DNA from: a virus | Taxonomy: Duplodnaviria; Caudoviricetes | Direction: 5' to 3' (one strand) | IMG/VR virus record: IMGVR_UViG_3300044769_000077 | Location: 1 to 32,518 of that record | Length of the DNA: 32,518 nt | Shown: one piece after another, positions 25,601-32,518 of the stretch | How positions within the stretch are numbered: the stretch's first letter is position 1 | Layout: each line of letters opens with the position of its first letter | Made by a program: the position numbers and the translations under genes | Notes under the pieces: generated by a model | Told to the model about the DNA's origin: nothing | Databases searched by the model: none | The model's input: the letters and a program-made list of their open reading frames with translations, nothing else

Positions 25601-26209
25601 TTCGACCTGGGCGTCAACGGGTACGGGCAAATCATGGTGACCATGTTGGACCGCACGAACACCGCAGCCAGCGTCCCGATCTTTACCGCCGAACATGACA
25701 TTCTGAAAGACAGTTTTAGCATCGATCCGAAGACCGATGAAGTCGAAAACAAGATCCGGTACGTCTACAAGCGGAAGTACGCGCCGGAGTTGCAGCAGCT
25801 CAATCCGAAACAAGGCACCAGGCTCCCGCGCGAACCGTTCGATGCGAATTGGTTGAGCGGATTGCAGACCGTTGAAGATGCTACGTCGATCGGCGACATC
25901 GGCGAGACACGCGAGTCTCAGTTACTCGAACTGGAGATGGTCCGCGATGCCGCCACGGCAGACGATGTCGCGGCGCAACGGCTCGCGCTCCGCTGTCCGT
26001 CGAAAGGTCGGGCCGTGGCGACGTTTGATGTGACGGTCTCGCGCGGGGCAAGCGTGGAGCTCGGCGACATTGTGAAGGTCACACACTTTCAAGGACTCGG
26101 CGCCAGTGGGTGGACGGCGCAACGTCTACAGGTGCGACGGATTGAGTTGGATTTGGATCGGCTCACGATTTCCCTGACGTGTCGGGATGTCCATGACTTA
26201 TTGGCGTGA
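22607..26209 (+). CDS. Large multidomain tail/host-recognition protein, 1200 aa
   Basis: Two further ~130-aa repeats, Y(I/T)GNG...DGFTLG-type repeats, Pro/Ser/Thr linker, C-terminal hub-like region ending VELGDIVKVTH. Confidence 0.8.
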   Translation: MSIASIVTTKPLHWIPPAADGVSVTPNASAWVNSAWVQISASTPGIWTLQTVTAFSDSGPSPVHFEIDIGTGASGSEVVVGTLPGCKESTTWNLESYFLSFGIPISIEAGLRVAVRLRKQGTDTTAWTIALGYYEDDVGTSNITTLPQLCVPSAADPINVASGGASWSVGSWVELSPSLDAGSMIVGVSMQRPDMVSNDDLILEIGVGAVSSETVLTRIATTEFSNAFHGVTRFVVPHRLATTTRVSARLSQSYSSGARTCEVKLIYYGPQTAASGDLKHQVIEYIGNGITGRLILTAFPLNVGNVAVWIYPVLPAGAGTATPPVVRTSADATNSWLDGTAGTSANFITSLTADGFTLGAGDAFGKVNTSGTKYIAIVVSDVSTDGDFIKTGIYTGNGVDGRLIEVNGGDPWQPTHVWVHGISHVYRSTEFVGDSSVTLRASVAGVNMIQSFETTGFTVGTSVNTNTNTNAYGYVAFRAGPEFLATGFASFTLQGTAVDDVVSGLGFTPGFLLAKEYNAAGVSYYKSTTFPNNAADLGDDSQGWNSTNDTGAAVKSLVFGGAVLGSVVAPAGATIYGWAWDDVDTDAPPSTSPCTGGGTVASGTNPSAGTSLATATTIHKWMEVTIGATTYRWSDVAINFTTAKEPRVLSWGRAARGLTDGRGGIETAAMTIRLADVDRVLRGLHSTSVLLNKVATIYAADEATIRAAGTPWTVFTGVVRDFRPESDLSYRLVLEDALTLSISAFAQERLVPSYLIGPLISDGNPVEKVWDSPAQICYGALSDEDDEEPEGTVLCPFIAAETLPGHEELGNLYKYLVCRGASHDVQAVFVGDPFSGTPPTTRAKAGAGEYGTRLWVPHRAGWLEAVDYAIQDSRRWTYIYLDQNHPGADPSRQNKIPLLANICGRETTGDATGNTIDSLPLQLLHFINNEVVQDATGDWLSIKALGAYSLLDTASFTTVKTRSEARIAGGYIGASVIGYGFRQITLRDAIAQFCQSGDFDLGVNGYGQIMVTMLDRTNTAASVPIFTAEHDILKDSFSIDPKTDEVENKIRYVYKRKYAPELQQLNPKQGTRLPREPFDANWLSGLQTVEDATSIGDIGETRESQLLELEMVRDAATADDVAAQRLALRCPSKGRAVATFDVTVSRGASVELGDIVKVTHFQGLGASGWTAQRLQVRRIELDLDRLTISLTCRDVHDLLA

Positions 26210-26724
26210 CACCCAAGCAAGACGGCCCACCGCTGGAGCAGTATTTGGAGACACGGTTTAACCTGCTCACGACCTCGCTGCAGGACAAGCTCGACGCGGC
26301 CGACCTGCGGTATCAACAGCGTTTTGAGGCGCAATCGAAAGCCTTAGAAGCCGCCTTTCAGTCGCAGCAACAGGCGATGCAGACGGCTCTGGCGGCGGCG
26401 AAAGAAGCCGTCGTCGCGGCGATGGAAGCCGCCAATCGGGCCGTGCAGAAAGCGGAGATGGCCGCAGACAAACGCTTCGAGGGTGTGAACGAATTTCGCG
26501 CCACGTTGGCTGATCAACAGCGCACGCTGATGCCGCGGTCGGAAGTCGATGTGCTGTTCAGGGCGATGAACGACAGACTGACCGCATTGAAAGAGATCGT
26601 CGATGCGCGCGCGAGCGAGCGTCGAGGCGTGTCAGGTGGCTATGGTAATGCCGTGGCGATCATTGGGCTGATCGCCACAGTGCTGGCTATTCTCGCGTGG
26701 ATCGCGTCACGGTTCGGAGGCTGA
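26206..26724 (+). CDS. Coiled-coil protein with C-terminal transmembrane helix (lysis-region)
   Basis: KRFEGVNEFRATL; AVAIIGLIATVLAILAWIA. Confidence 0.75.
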   Translation: MTPKQDGPPLEQYLETRFNLLTTSLQDKLDAADLRYQQRFEAQSKALEAAFQSQQQAMQTALAAAKEAVVAAMEAANRAVQKAEMAADKRFEGVNEFRATLADQQRTLMPRSEVDVLFRAMNDRLTALKEIVDARASERRGVSGGYGNAVAIIGLIATVLAILAWIASRFGG

Positions 26725-26725
26725 C

Positions 26726-26869
26726 ATGAATGTACTCGTCGTGCTCCTGATTCTCCTGTTGCTGTTAGGCGGCGGTGGCTTCTATGCCGGCGGGCCCGTG
26801 GTCGGCGGTAGTGGGGTGGGCCTCGTGATCCTGATCCTGATCATTCTGCTGGTGCTTGGGAAGCTGTAG
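26726..26869 (+). CDS. 47-aa two-TM membrane protein (DUF3309-like; holin candidate)
   Basis: Not in ORF track; GGAGG SD; MNVLVVLLILLLLLGGGGFYAGGPVVGGSGVGLVILILIILLVLGKL. Confidence 0.75.
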   Translation: MNVLVVLLILLLLLGGGGFYAGGPVVGGSGVGLVILILIILLVLGKL

Positions 26870-28033
26870 GTGCCGATTCAGAAGACGCCAGACGGCCGGT
26901 ACACCTTCGCGATTGAAACTCCAGGCGAGGGCGACGGGAACTCGGCCGTCCTAGACGGTGACGTCGTGGTGTGGGATCGCTTTTCGCATGAAGCCAAACA
27001 CGGCCCGTATGGCCATGATGTCCCGCCGGTGGATCACCCGCCAGTCGGATCAGGTCCGATCGTGACGGTGCCACAGGGGCCGACTGGCCTGTCTGGCAAA
27101 ACGATCAAGGTCACCGATGCCAGTGACGGCGAGTTCGTCAACCGGATGTATCCGTACTATTCGAGCGCTGTCATCATCGGGCAGGCGGTGTATGCGTTCG
27201 CGGGCACGAAGGATGGACACCCGAAATTCTTCCGTGTCGATCTGGAGAACGGCTCCGTCTACCAATTGGGCGCGATGCTCCGTTTCACCGGCGAGGCGGA
27301 AGGCTGGTACTGGGACGCTGAAGGCTGGATCTATCTCTGCAACGGTTCGCAGCTCCTCCGGGTCAATCCGTTTACGCAAGAGGAGCAGATCGTCTTCGAC
27401 ATTGCCGAGACGCATCCGGGGTGCGATCTGTGGCAGGCGCACTCCTCGCTCGACGGACGGACGCACTCCGCAACAGTGCGGCGCATCGTCTCAGACGGTG
27501 CGTATCCGAAGATCGGCACGGTCGTAGTCCACCACGGGCAGCAGCAGTGGTATCCGGCGATCGGGGATCTGGACGAATCCGCGATCACGTCTGACGGGGC
27601 GTTTCTGATCATCAAGGAAGGCGATCTCAATCGCATCATCACGGTCGCGACCGGGGATCCGCGGATCATCAGCGATGCGGACGGGGCGGTCGGCCATTCC
27701 GACTGCGGGCCGTCCTGTGTGGTGGGCGAGGACGATCAACTCGGGGCGTGCGTCCTGTGGGATCTGCGCACGTTCACCAAGCGCGTCCTCTTTTCCACGT
27801 GGAATATGGGGCACGTCTCGGTGCGTGCGGAGCGGTGCCTGTTAAGTGACGCGATGAACCTGAGCCTCGTAGCCCTTGATGGGTCTGGCGTGACCACGCT
27901 GGCGCAGCATGGGATGACGGGCAACGACTACGACCATCAGTGCATGGCGAACCTCTCGCCGTGCGGACGGGTCGCGGCGTTTATGTCGAACACAGACGGA
28001 CGGATGAATCTCTATCTGCTGGTGTTGCCATGA
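26870..28033 (+). CDS. Putative beta-propeller protein
   Basis: Repeated short beta strands with xSxDG/SPCG turns, C-terminal AFMSN..GRMNLYLL as in TolB-like propellers. Confidence 0.65.
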   Translation: MPIQKTPDGRYTFAIETPGEGDGNSAVLDGDVVVWDRFSHEAKHGPYGHDVPPVDHPPVGSGPIVTVPQGPTGLSGKTIKVTDASDGEFVNRMYPYYSSAVIIGQAVYAFAGTKDGHPKFFRVDLENGSVYQLGAMLRFTGEAEGWYWDAEGWIYLCNGSQLLRVNPFTQEEQIVFDIAETHPGCDLWQAHSSLDGRTHSATVRRIVSDGAYPKIGTVVVHHGQQQWYPAIGDLDESAITSDGAFLIIKEGDLNRIITVATGDPRIISDADGAVGHSDCGPSCVVGEDDQLGACVLWDLRTFTKRVLFSTWNMGHVSVRAERCLLSDAMNLSLVALDGSGVTTLAQHGMTGNDYDHQCMANLSPCGRVAAFMSNTDGRMNLYLLVLP

Positions 28034-28734
28034 CACAACTCGATAAGACCGGGACGGTGCGCCTTGAAGAGGACGTGCTTGTCTTCCGTAACAGCACAGG
28101 ACAGCGCGTGCTGCAAATGTACGTGACGCACTTCGGACCGGTGTTTGAGATGGATCAGGGCGGTGAGCCGACGTTGTTTTCAGTCGGCGACGATCCTGGG
28201 AAGCTACGATTCCTGATCAAACTGAAACCGGGGGCCAACACGGACAGCGGCGGGATCTCTTGGAACGTGCTGCGCGCCGGCGATGACCGAGTGCAGGAAG
28301 AAGTGGCGTACGAGATGGGCGGAATCGCAGAGGACGCCTTGGCTCCAGGAGACTACCGTGGGCAAATCGTGAGGCACATTCGCACCGACTATACGCGCGA
28401 GCCTACGCCCGTCCAAGTCTGGAGCACGGCGTATTCAGAGGAGCGCGCCTGGGCCGATGTGCCGATCGGCGTGCGCACGGCGTACACGGCGGTGAAGTAT
28501 CTGCTCACCAACCTCTGGAAATTCAACGTCGTGGAGGATCCGTCCGCGCCACCGCCGACCACTCAACCGCCGCTTCCTCAGCCGCCGCCAATATCAGGAC
28601 CGCACGGGATCCCGATCGGCGACTTCGCGGCCCTCGAAGCGTTCTATGGGTTTCCGTCGGACGATCGGCCGCCGTATCTCTCTGGTTCCATGACGTGGGA
28701 TCAGGTCATTGCGCGCATGGATCGGCGGACGTAA
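28030..28734 (+). CDS. Hypothetical protein with Pro-rich linker
   Basis: ATGA-coupled; PSAPPPTTQPPLPQPPP linker before a short C-terminal domain. Confidence 0.7.
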   Translation: MTQLDKTGTVRLEEDVLVFRNSTGQRVLQMYVTHFGPVFEMDQGGEPTLFSVGDDPGKLRFLIKLKPGANTDSGGISWNVLRAGDDRVQEEVAYEMGGIAEDALAPGDYRGQIVRHIRTDYTREPTPVQVWSTAYSEERAWADVPIGVRTAYTAVKYLLTNLWKFNVVEDPSAPPPTTQPPLPQPPPISGPHGIPIGDFAALEAFYGFPSDDRPPYLSGSMTWDQVIARMDRRT

Positions 28735-28904
28735 TGGATCCCATCACCGCCGCGATTCAACTCGTCACCGCGATCGTAAAGATGCACCAGACCACGCTCG
28801 AAGGGATGACCGTCGATCAGCGGATCGAATACGGGAAGATGGTCTTGGCGGATCTGAAGCGGTGGCAGGACTTTTTAGAAGTCTTCAGGCCGAAGGCGAC
28901 TTAA
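28734..28904 (+). CDS. Hypothetical protein, 56 aa
   Basis: TAATG-coupled; MDPITAAIQLVTAIV. Confidence 0.7.
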   Translation: MDPITAAIQLVTAIVKMHQTTLEGMTVDQRIEYGKMVLADLKRWQDFLEVFRPKAT

Positions 28905-29088
28905 TTGTGATGATTGGCCGACCAGATAAATCTGTTGGAAGCGATCCGAGCGATCGAGCGGTCAGTATGTTCGGCTCTAGCGGTACGTCGCCCCATTCGT
29001 CGAATGGCAGATTCAGGAAATGTTCGATGACTCTCCGCTTGAAGTCCGCGTCGGTGTTCATCGCAGCAATGAAGTCGTCAAAGTTCAT
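28885..29088 (-). CDS. Hypothetical protein, 67 aa, probably leaderless
   Basis: MNFDDFIAAMNTDADF...; minus strand TG-C-GATACT-cacgccc-ATG. Confidence 0.6.
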   Translation of the reverse strand: MNFDDFIAAMNTDADFKRRVIEHFLNLPFDEWGDVPLEPNILTARSLGSLPTDLSGRPIITIKSPSA

Positions 29089-29233
29089 GGGCGTGAGTAT
29101 CGCACAAGATGGCTCGGTCGTTTGATCGTTGCTGGGGCTCGCTGTCCGACACCCCGGCTGGCGAGTTGCGCGGTTAGATGGCCGAGCCTGCGTAATCCTG
29201 TGAGAGGAAACCGGTGCGCGGTGCGCGGGCCTG

Positions 29234-29425
29234 CTACGCGGTCGCGTCGGTGTTGAGAAACGGCCGCGCACTTTCCGGCAACCGTCGCGCCCCACACTGA
29301 CAGGGATCCCCCACGTCGGCATCATCCGCCCAGACATGCACGCGGATCCCAAGTGTGGAATGCTGCCCACACAACGGCGGCAGCTTCACTGGATCCGGCG
29401 ACGGGAACGGCACGACATCAGCCAC
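29234..29425 (-). CDS. Small Cys/His-containing hypothetical protein
   Basis: VADVVPFP...CGQH...CQCG; start uncertain. Confidence 0.5.
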   Translation of the reverse strand: MADVVPFPSPDPVKLPPLCGQHSTLGIRVHVWADDADVGDPCQCGARRLPESARPFLNTDATA

Positions 29426-29478
29426 AGCGCCGGATATTGTGCAACAACTCCGGTGCATTTGTCTGTCTAGTTCCTACC

Positions 29479-29949
29479 CTACTTCTTCCCGTCCTTCTTG
29501 ATCCAGTCTTCAAACTTGCGTCCCAAGTTCTCTCCATAGGATCGGTTGAACGGGCCTAGGCTGGCGTCAATGGCGGTGCGGTACGTGCCTTTGGTGATCG
29601 TCGCGCGCGCGCGATAGTCCAACACCTTGCCGCCTTGGTTCGTCACGATGACGCCAGCGATCGGCGCTGAGGTAGCAACGGAGCGTTGGCCGTTGTCCTC
29701 TGTGCCGACCGCTGTGACGTCGACCACGATGTCTGCGCCTTCGGCAGCATCCACGAGTGTCACGCGCGGCAGCTTCTTCACGACGTACGTTTTGAGATCG
29801 ACAACAACCTCTGCGCGTGCGCGCTGCGCGTCGTCAATGATCCCGCTCGGATCGATCTCTGTGGAGACGAAGAGACGTTGCGCCTGCACGGGAGCTGCGG
29901 ACACCAGCGCGATCAGCGTCAGTGTTAGGACTACACAAAGTCTGAGCAT
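29479..29949 (-). CDS. Secreted/periplasmic accessory protein
   Basis: Signal peptide MLRLCVVLTLTLIALVSAAPVQA-Q; same strand as and downstream of the repressor. Confidence 0.8.
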   Translation of the reverse strand: MLRLCVVLTLTLIALVSAAPVQAQRLFVSTEIDPSGIIDDAQRARAEVVVDLKTYVVKKLPRVTLVDAAEGADIVVDVTAVGTEDNGQRSVATSAPIAGVIVTNQGGKVLDYRARATITKGTYRTAIDASLGPFNRSYGENLGRKFEDWIKKDGKK

Positions 29950-29990
29950 GGGATCTCTTTTCTCGTGGTGCGCGATTACGAAAGTCGCTC

Positions 29991-30024
29991 TTGTAATGGG
30001 CTAGGGTTTACTTAGAATGGGCTA
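29991..30024 (+). promoter_or_regulatory. Putative promoter with AATGGGCTA direct repeats
   Basis: TTGTAA-16 nt-TAGAAT; AATGGGCTA at 29995 and 30016. Confidence 0.5.
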
Positions 30025-30059
30025 CCGTTCACACACTCGATTGGAGGTCAGCTCCCCCC

Positions 30060-30257
30060 ATGCTTCGGCCTCGCGTCGTTCCGTTTAGATCTCGCACTAC
30101 CGTATCCGTCGATCCGGCCGCGTACGAATGGCTGACTCTGTGGCATCGAATGACCCTTTCCCAGCGGGCGGCGCATCTCCGCCTCGCTCAATGCGCTGTG
30201 CGCGTAACACGTCGTCAATCGCCTGCTCGATATAGCGACGATCGGACGGCTTCCTGA
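30060..30257 (+). CDS. Possible 65-aa protein antisense to the repressor 3' end
   Basis: GGAGGT SD and upstream promoter; overlaps the repressor on the other strand. Confidence 0.4.
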   Translation: MLRPRVVPFRSRTTVSVDPAAYEWLTLWHRMTLSQRAAHLRLAQCAVRVTRRQSPARYSDDRTAS

Positions 30258-30708
30258 TCCGTGAGACTTTGACCCACCAGCGGCGCTGCTCCTTTTCTTC
30301 CGGGAGCAGCCCCGCAAAATAGTCGAACATGGACATGACCCGCTCTTGAATGTCCAGCGGGAAGTCGCGCCAGTGGGTTAGGAGGCGCGATTCTTCCGGT
30401 GTCAATTCGTGCAGGCTGTTCCCTGGCTGTGTCACCAGCAAGGCCGGTGGTACACCAAAGTACTCGGCGATCACGTCGACATGCTTTAGGCGGATGGCGT
30501 GCGAATCCCGGCCGTTTAGGGCGTTGCTGAGGGTGCCTGGCTTGATCCCGAGGCTTTTGGCGAGGCCGGCTTGGGTGCGGCACTGGTAGGCCCGCGGTTT
30601 GTGCCGTTCCCGGTCGAAGAGTTCCTTCGTGCGGAGCCGGACACGTTCCGGTAAATCCTTATTGCGCGCCACGTTGGCGAGAGTAGTTACCACGTCTGCA
30701 CAGAACAT
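30097..30708 (-). CDS. CI-like XRE-family HTH repressor
   Basis: TQAGLAKSLGIKPGTLSNALNG...IAEYFGVPPALL, ELTPEESRLL; divergent from Cro-like gene; no S24 peptidase domain seen. Confidence 0.85.
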   Translation of the reverse strand: MFCADVVTTLANVARNKDLPERVRLRTKELFDRERHKPRAYQCRTQAGLAKSLGIKPGTLSNALNGRDSHAIRLKHVDVIAEYFGVPPALLVTQPGNSLHELTPEESRLLTHWRDFPLDIQERVMSMFDYFAGLLPEEKEQRRWWVKVSRIRKPSDRRYIEQAIDDVLRAQRIERGGDAPPAGKGSFDATESAIRTRPDRRIR

Positions 30709-30742
30709 GCGCGGAGTGTTTGCATTACGCTAACAAAGACTA

Positions 30743-30778
30743 TTGACAACTCCTAGAATGCCGATATAGAGTTTGCAC
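30743..30778 (+). promoter_or_regulatory. Rightward early promoter (PR-like), leaderless
   Basis: TTGACA-18 nt-TAGAGT-ttgcac-ATG30779. Confidence 0.7.
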
Positions 30779-31102
30779 ATGGTTAGGAAAACGCTAACGC
30801 TGGACCCGCCCGCCAAGAGCGTGGCCGATTGGATGGAGCGCACCGGGCGCAACCAGACCGACATGGTTAATCTGATCAAGGCCAAGGGGTTCCCAATGAC
30901 CCGGGGCCAGATGTCGAACATCCTGAAGCGCTCGAGACCGTGTCGGCTGGCGATCGCGATCGCGTTGTCAGACATCACCGGAGTCCCTGTGCAGAAGCTC
31001 GTGGCGTGGGGCAAGTCCACACGCCATATCGGCAAGGTTGCCAAGACTCGCAAAGCGCCGAAGCAGTCCACGGGAAACGAAACTTCTGGGGCGGCTGCCT
31101 AA
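30779..31102 (+). CDS. Cro-like HTH protein
   Basis: NQTDMVNLI...MTRGQMSNILKR...AIALSDITGVPVQKL. Confidence 0.8.
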   Translation: MVRKTLTLDPPAKSVADWMERTGRNQTDMVNLIKAKGFPMTRGQMSNILKRSRPCRLAIAIALSDITGVPVQKLVAWGKSTRHIGKVAKTRKAPKQSTGNETSGAAA

Positions 31103-31103
31103 C

Positions 31104-31241
31104 ATGTCGCCCGATATGGTTCTGCGGTTAGCGCAGGGACGCATAATAGATGCTCTGATTAGTAAGCGTACAGCTAATCACCGTATCTACCTTTCCTCGT
31201 TCCAGGCTCCCGTCCCCCCTCCCTTCCAGTTTGGAGACTGA
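31104..31241 (+). CDS. Small early protein, 45 aa
   Basis: Fills the gap directly after the Cro-like stop. Confidence 0.4.
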   Translation: MSPDMVLRLAQGRIIDALISKRTANHRIYLSSFQAPVPPPFQFGD

Positions 31242-31242
31242 C

Positions 31243-31326
31243 GTGACACCAGCCTTGATCGGCTTTTGCCTGCTCGCGCTCGGCTTCATCGTGATCGGCC
31301 TCACCGGCGGATGGGAGCCACGGTAA
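31243..31326 (+). CDS. 27-aa membrane peptide
   Basis: GGAG SD; VTPALIGFCLLALGFIVIGLTGGWEPR; TAATG overlap. Confidence 0.5.
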   Translation: MTPALIGFCLLALGFIVIGLTGGWEPR

Positions 31327-31586
31327 TGGTCTGCGACTGCGGCTGCACACACCTGACGATCGATCAGTTCCTCGATCACCTCGAAGCGGAGATCGGGGAA
31401 GTCGACGACGACGGGCGGAACGTGGCGCCGACACAAACGACCGCGAAGGCCTCGCAGCATTTCCGGATCGAGTGCTGTGCGCGCGGGCACGTCGGCGATC
31501 GCGTGATGGAAGCCGGATCCCCAGGAGCGCCGACGAGTCACGGCTACTGCGCACGGTGCCTCGCGGTGGAGATGGCGGCGGTATGA
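31326..31586 (+). CDS. Small Cys-rich (zinc-binding) early protein
   Basis: CDCGC, CCARGH, SHGYCARC. Confidence 0.65.
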   Translation: MVCDCGCTHLTIDQFLDHLEAEIGEVDDDGRNVAPTQTTAKASQHFRIECCARGHVGDRVMEAGSPGAPTSHGYCARCLAVEMAAV

Positions 31587-31798
31587 ACCGCGATCCTGCG
31601 CTGGTGGACTTGGCTGCCTTGGAGCGGTCGGTCGACGGCGCGTGCGCTGAGATCGCACGGTTGCGCGCCCAGCGTGAAGAACTGCTCGCTGCTCTGAGGG
31701 CCTTCGTGCATGCCGTTGGCCAATGCACGACGCCAGCGGCTTGGATGCACGAGCTGGAGCAAGCGATTGACGCTATTGCGAAAGCTGAAGGCCGTTAA
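31583..31798 (+). CDS. Hypothetical early protein
   Basis: ATGA-coupled; ELLAALR...AIAKAEGR ending common in small phage proteins. Confidence 0.7.
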   Translation: MNRDPALVDLAALERSVDGACAEIARLRAQREELLAALRAFVHAVGQCTTPAAWMHELEQAIDAIAKAEGR

Positions 31799-31998
31799 TG
31801 TCACCGCAGCCTCTTCGCCTTCAGGAACCGGCGCCACGTGAGCCGGAGCCGCAACCCTTTCATGGCGAGCTTCAGACGGATCTGCTCCAAGCGCTCGCGG
31901 AGTTTGTCGAAGCGTACGAAGACTCGGGCTATCACTCCGTGATCCTGGGTGCGGCGTATCTCCATGCGAAACGTGTGTTGCGCCGCGTAAATGCTTGA
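31798..31998 (+). CDS. Hypothetical early protein
   Basis: TAATG-coupled. Confidence 0.6.
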   Translation: MSPQPLRLQEPAPREPEPQPFHGELQTDLLQALAEFVEAYEDSGYHSVILGAAYLHAKRVLRRVNA

Positions 31999-32359
31999 CA
32001 TGACGCCGAAGTCTGCTCCAGTCGTCGCCGCCGCGCATCCCCAAAGACTTGAGGGTGTGCGGATCGACATGGCGAAAGCGGACCTCAAGAAAGTTGAGGA
32101 CTGCGGAAAGCAGGCGCACGGCAAGGTGCTCGCGCGGTCGATTCAGATCGTCGGCTGGTCGCACAAGGAAGCCGCTGGACATTTAGGGACGGATGAATCG
32201 ACCTTGTGCCGGTGGATTGCCGCGAAGGAATCCCAGCAGACGTGGCGGTTTGAACAGCATCCGGTGTTAGGCGTCGCCTACTTACAAGCGCAAGCGGAAG
32301 CGCGACACGGCCTGTCGGTGCAGGTGGAAATGAACATCAGGATTCGGAGAACCGCATGA
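31991..32359 (+). CDS. HTH regulator (CII-like position)
   Basis: WSHKEAAGHLGTDESTLCRWI helix-turn-helix. Confidence 0.7.
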   Translation: MLDMTPKSAPVVAAAHPQRLEGVRIDMAKADLKKVEDCGKQAHGKVLARSIQIVGWSHKEAAGHLGTDESTLCRWIAAKESQQTWRFEQHPVLGVAYLQAQAEARHGLSVQVEMNIRIRRTA

Positions 32360-32518
32360 GCGAGTACGTCGGCTACGGCGTGTTTCTCCTGCTCGTTGGC
32401 CTCTGGCTGCGCGCGGCGTGGCGCGAAGATGACCTCTTTGGAAAGGATGACGATGGCTATGCGGATCCAGCGATGCCTCGCCTGGTGGAGACGCCGACGA
32501 GCGCGGAAGTTAGCGACG
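32356..32518 (+). CDS. Membrane-anchored hypothetical protein (3'-truncated by window)
   Basis: GGAG SD, ATGA overlap, MSEYVGYGVFLLLVGLWL. Confidence 0.55.
   Translation, partial: MSEYVGYGVFLLLVGLWLRAAWREDDLFGKDDDGYADPAMPRLVETPTSAEVSD

Larger units (their letters stand above)
1..32518. mobile_element. Temperate siphovirus-type phage/prophage segment (packaging, head, tail, immunity switch, early genes)
   Basis: Terminase, HK97 capsid, portal, head-tail connectors, tail tube, chaperone frameshift, tape measure and divergent HTH regulators in phage-typical synteny; no host housekeeping genes; no integrase or att site seen in the window. Confidence 0.97.

Noticed and set aside
21813-26209. Diversity-generating retroelement or invertible tail cassette
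   Set aside because: Repeats are diverged protein-level domains, not near-identical adenine-variant pairs; no reverse transcriptase or invertase in the window

Overview
This is about 32.5 kb of a GC-rich temperate siphovirus-type phage or prophage. The rightward late region (1-28904) runs in this order: DNA methyltransferase (5'-truncated), a large terminase split into ATPase and nuclease genes, an RHH protein, a prohead protease-HK97 major capsid fusion, portal, a collagen-like protein, a 6-kb cluster of glycosyltransferase-like and methyltransferase genes, head-tail joining genes, tail tube, a frameshifting tail chaperone, tape measure, repeat-rich tail-tip proteins and membrane/hypothetical genes. 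No endolysin is recognisable. Short leftward genes and a CI/Cro-like switch with early genes follow. The most unusual feature is five self-promoted cassettes inserted antisense in the late operon: three HNH-type endonuclease units, one tRNA-like cloverleaf RNA and one small gene. Each is spanned on the late strand by an otherwise meaningless ORF. In three cases both ends of that ORF overlap the flanking genes as GTGA/ATGA, suggesting ribosome 'bridges' that keep the operon translationally coupled. One cassette sits between an orphaned gene start and a synonymously recoded copy of it. All calls come from reading the sequence; no searches were run.
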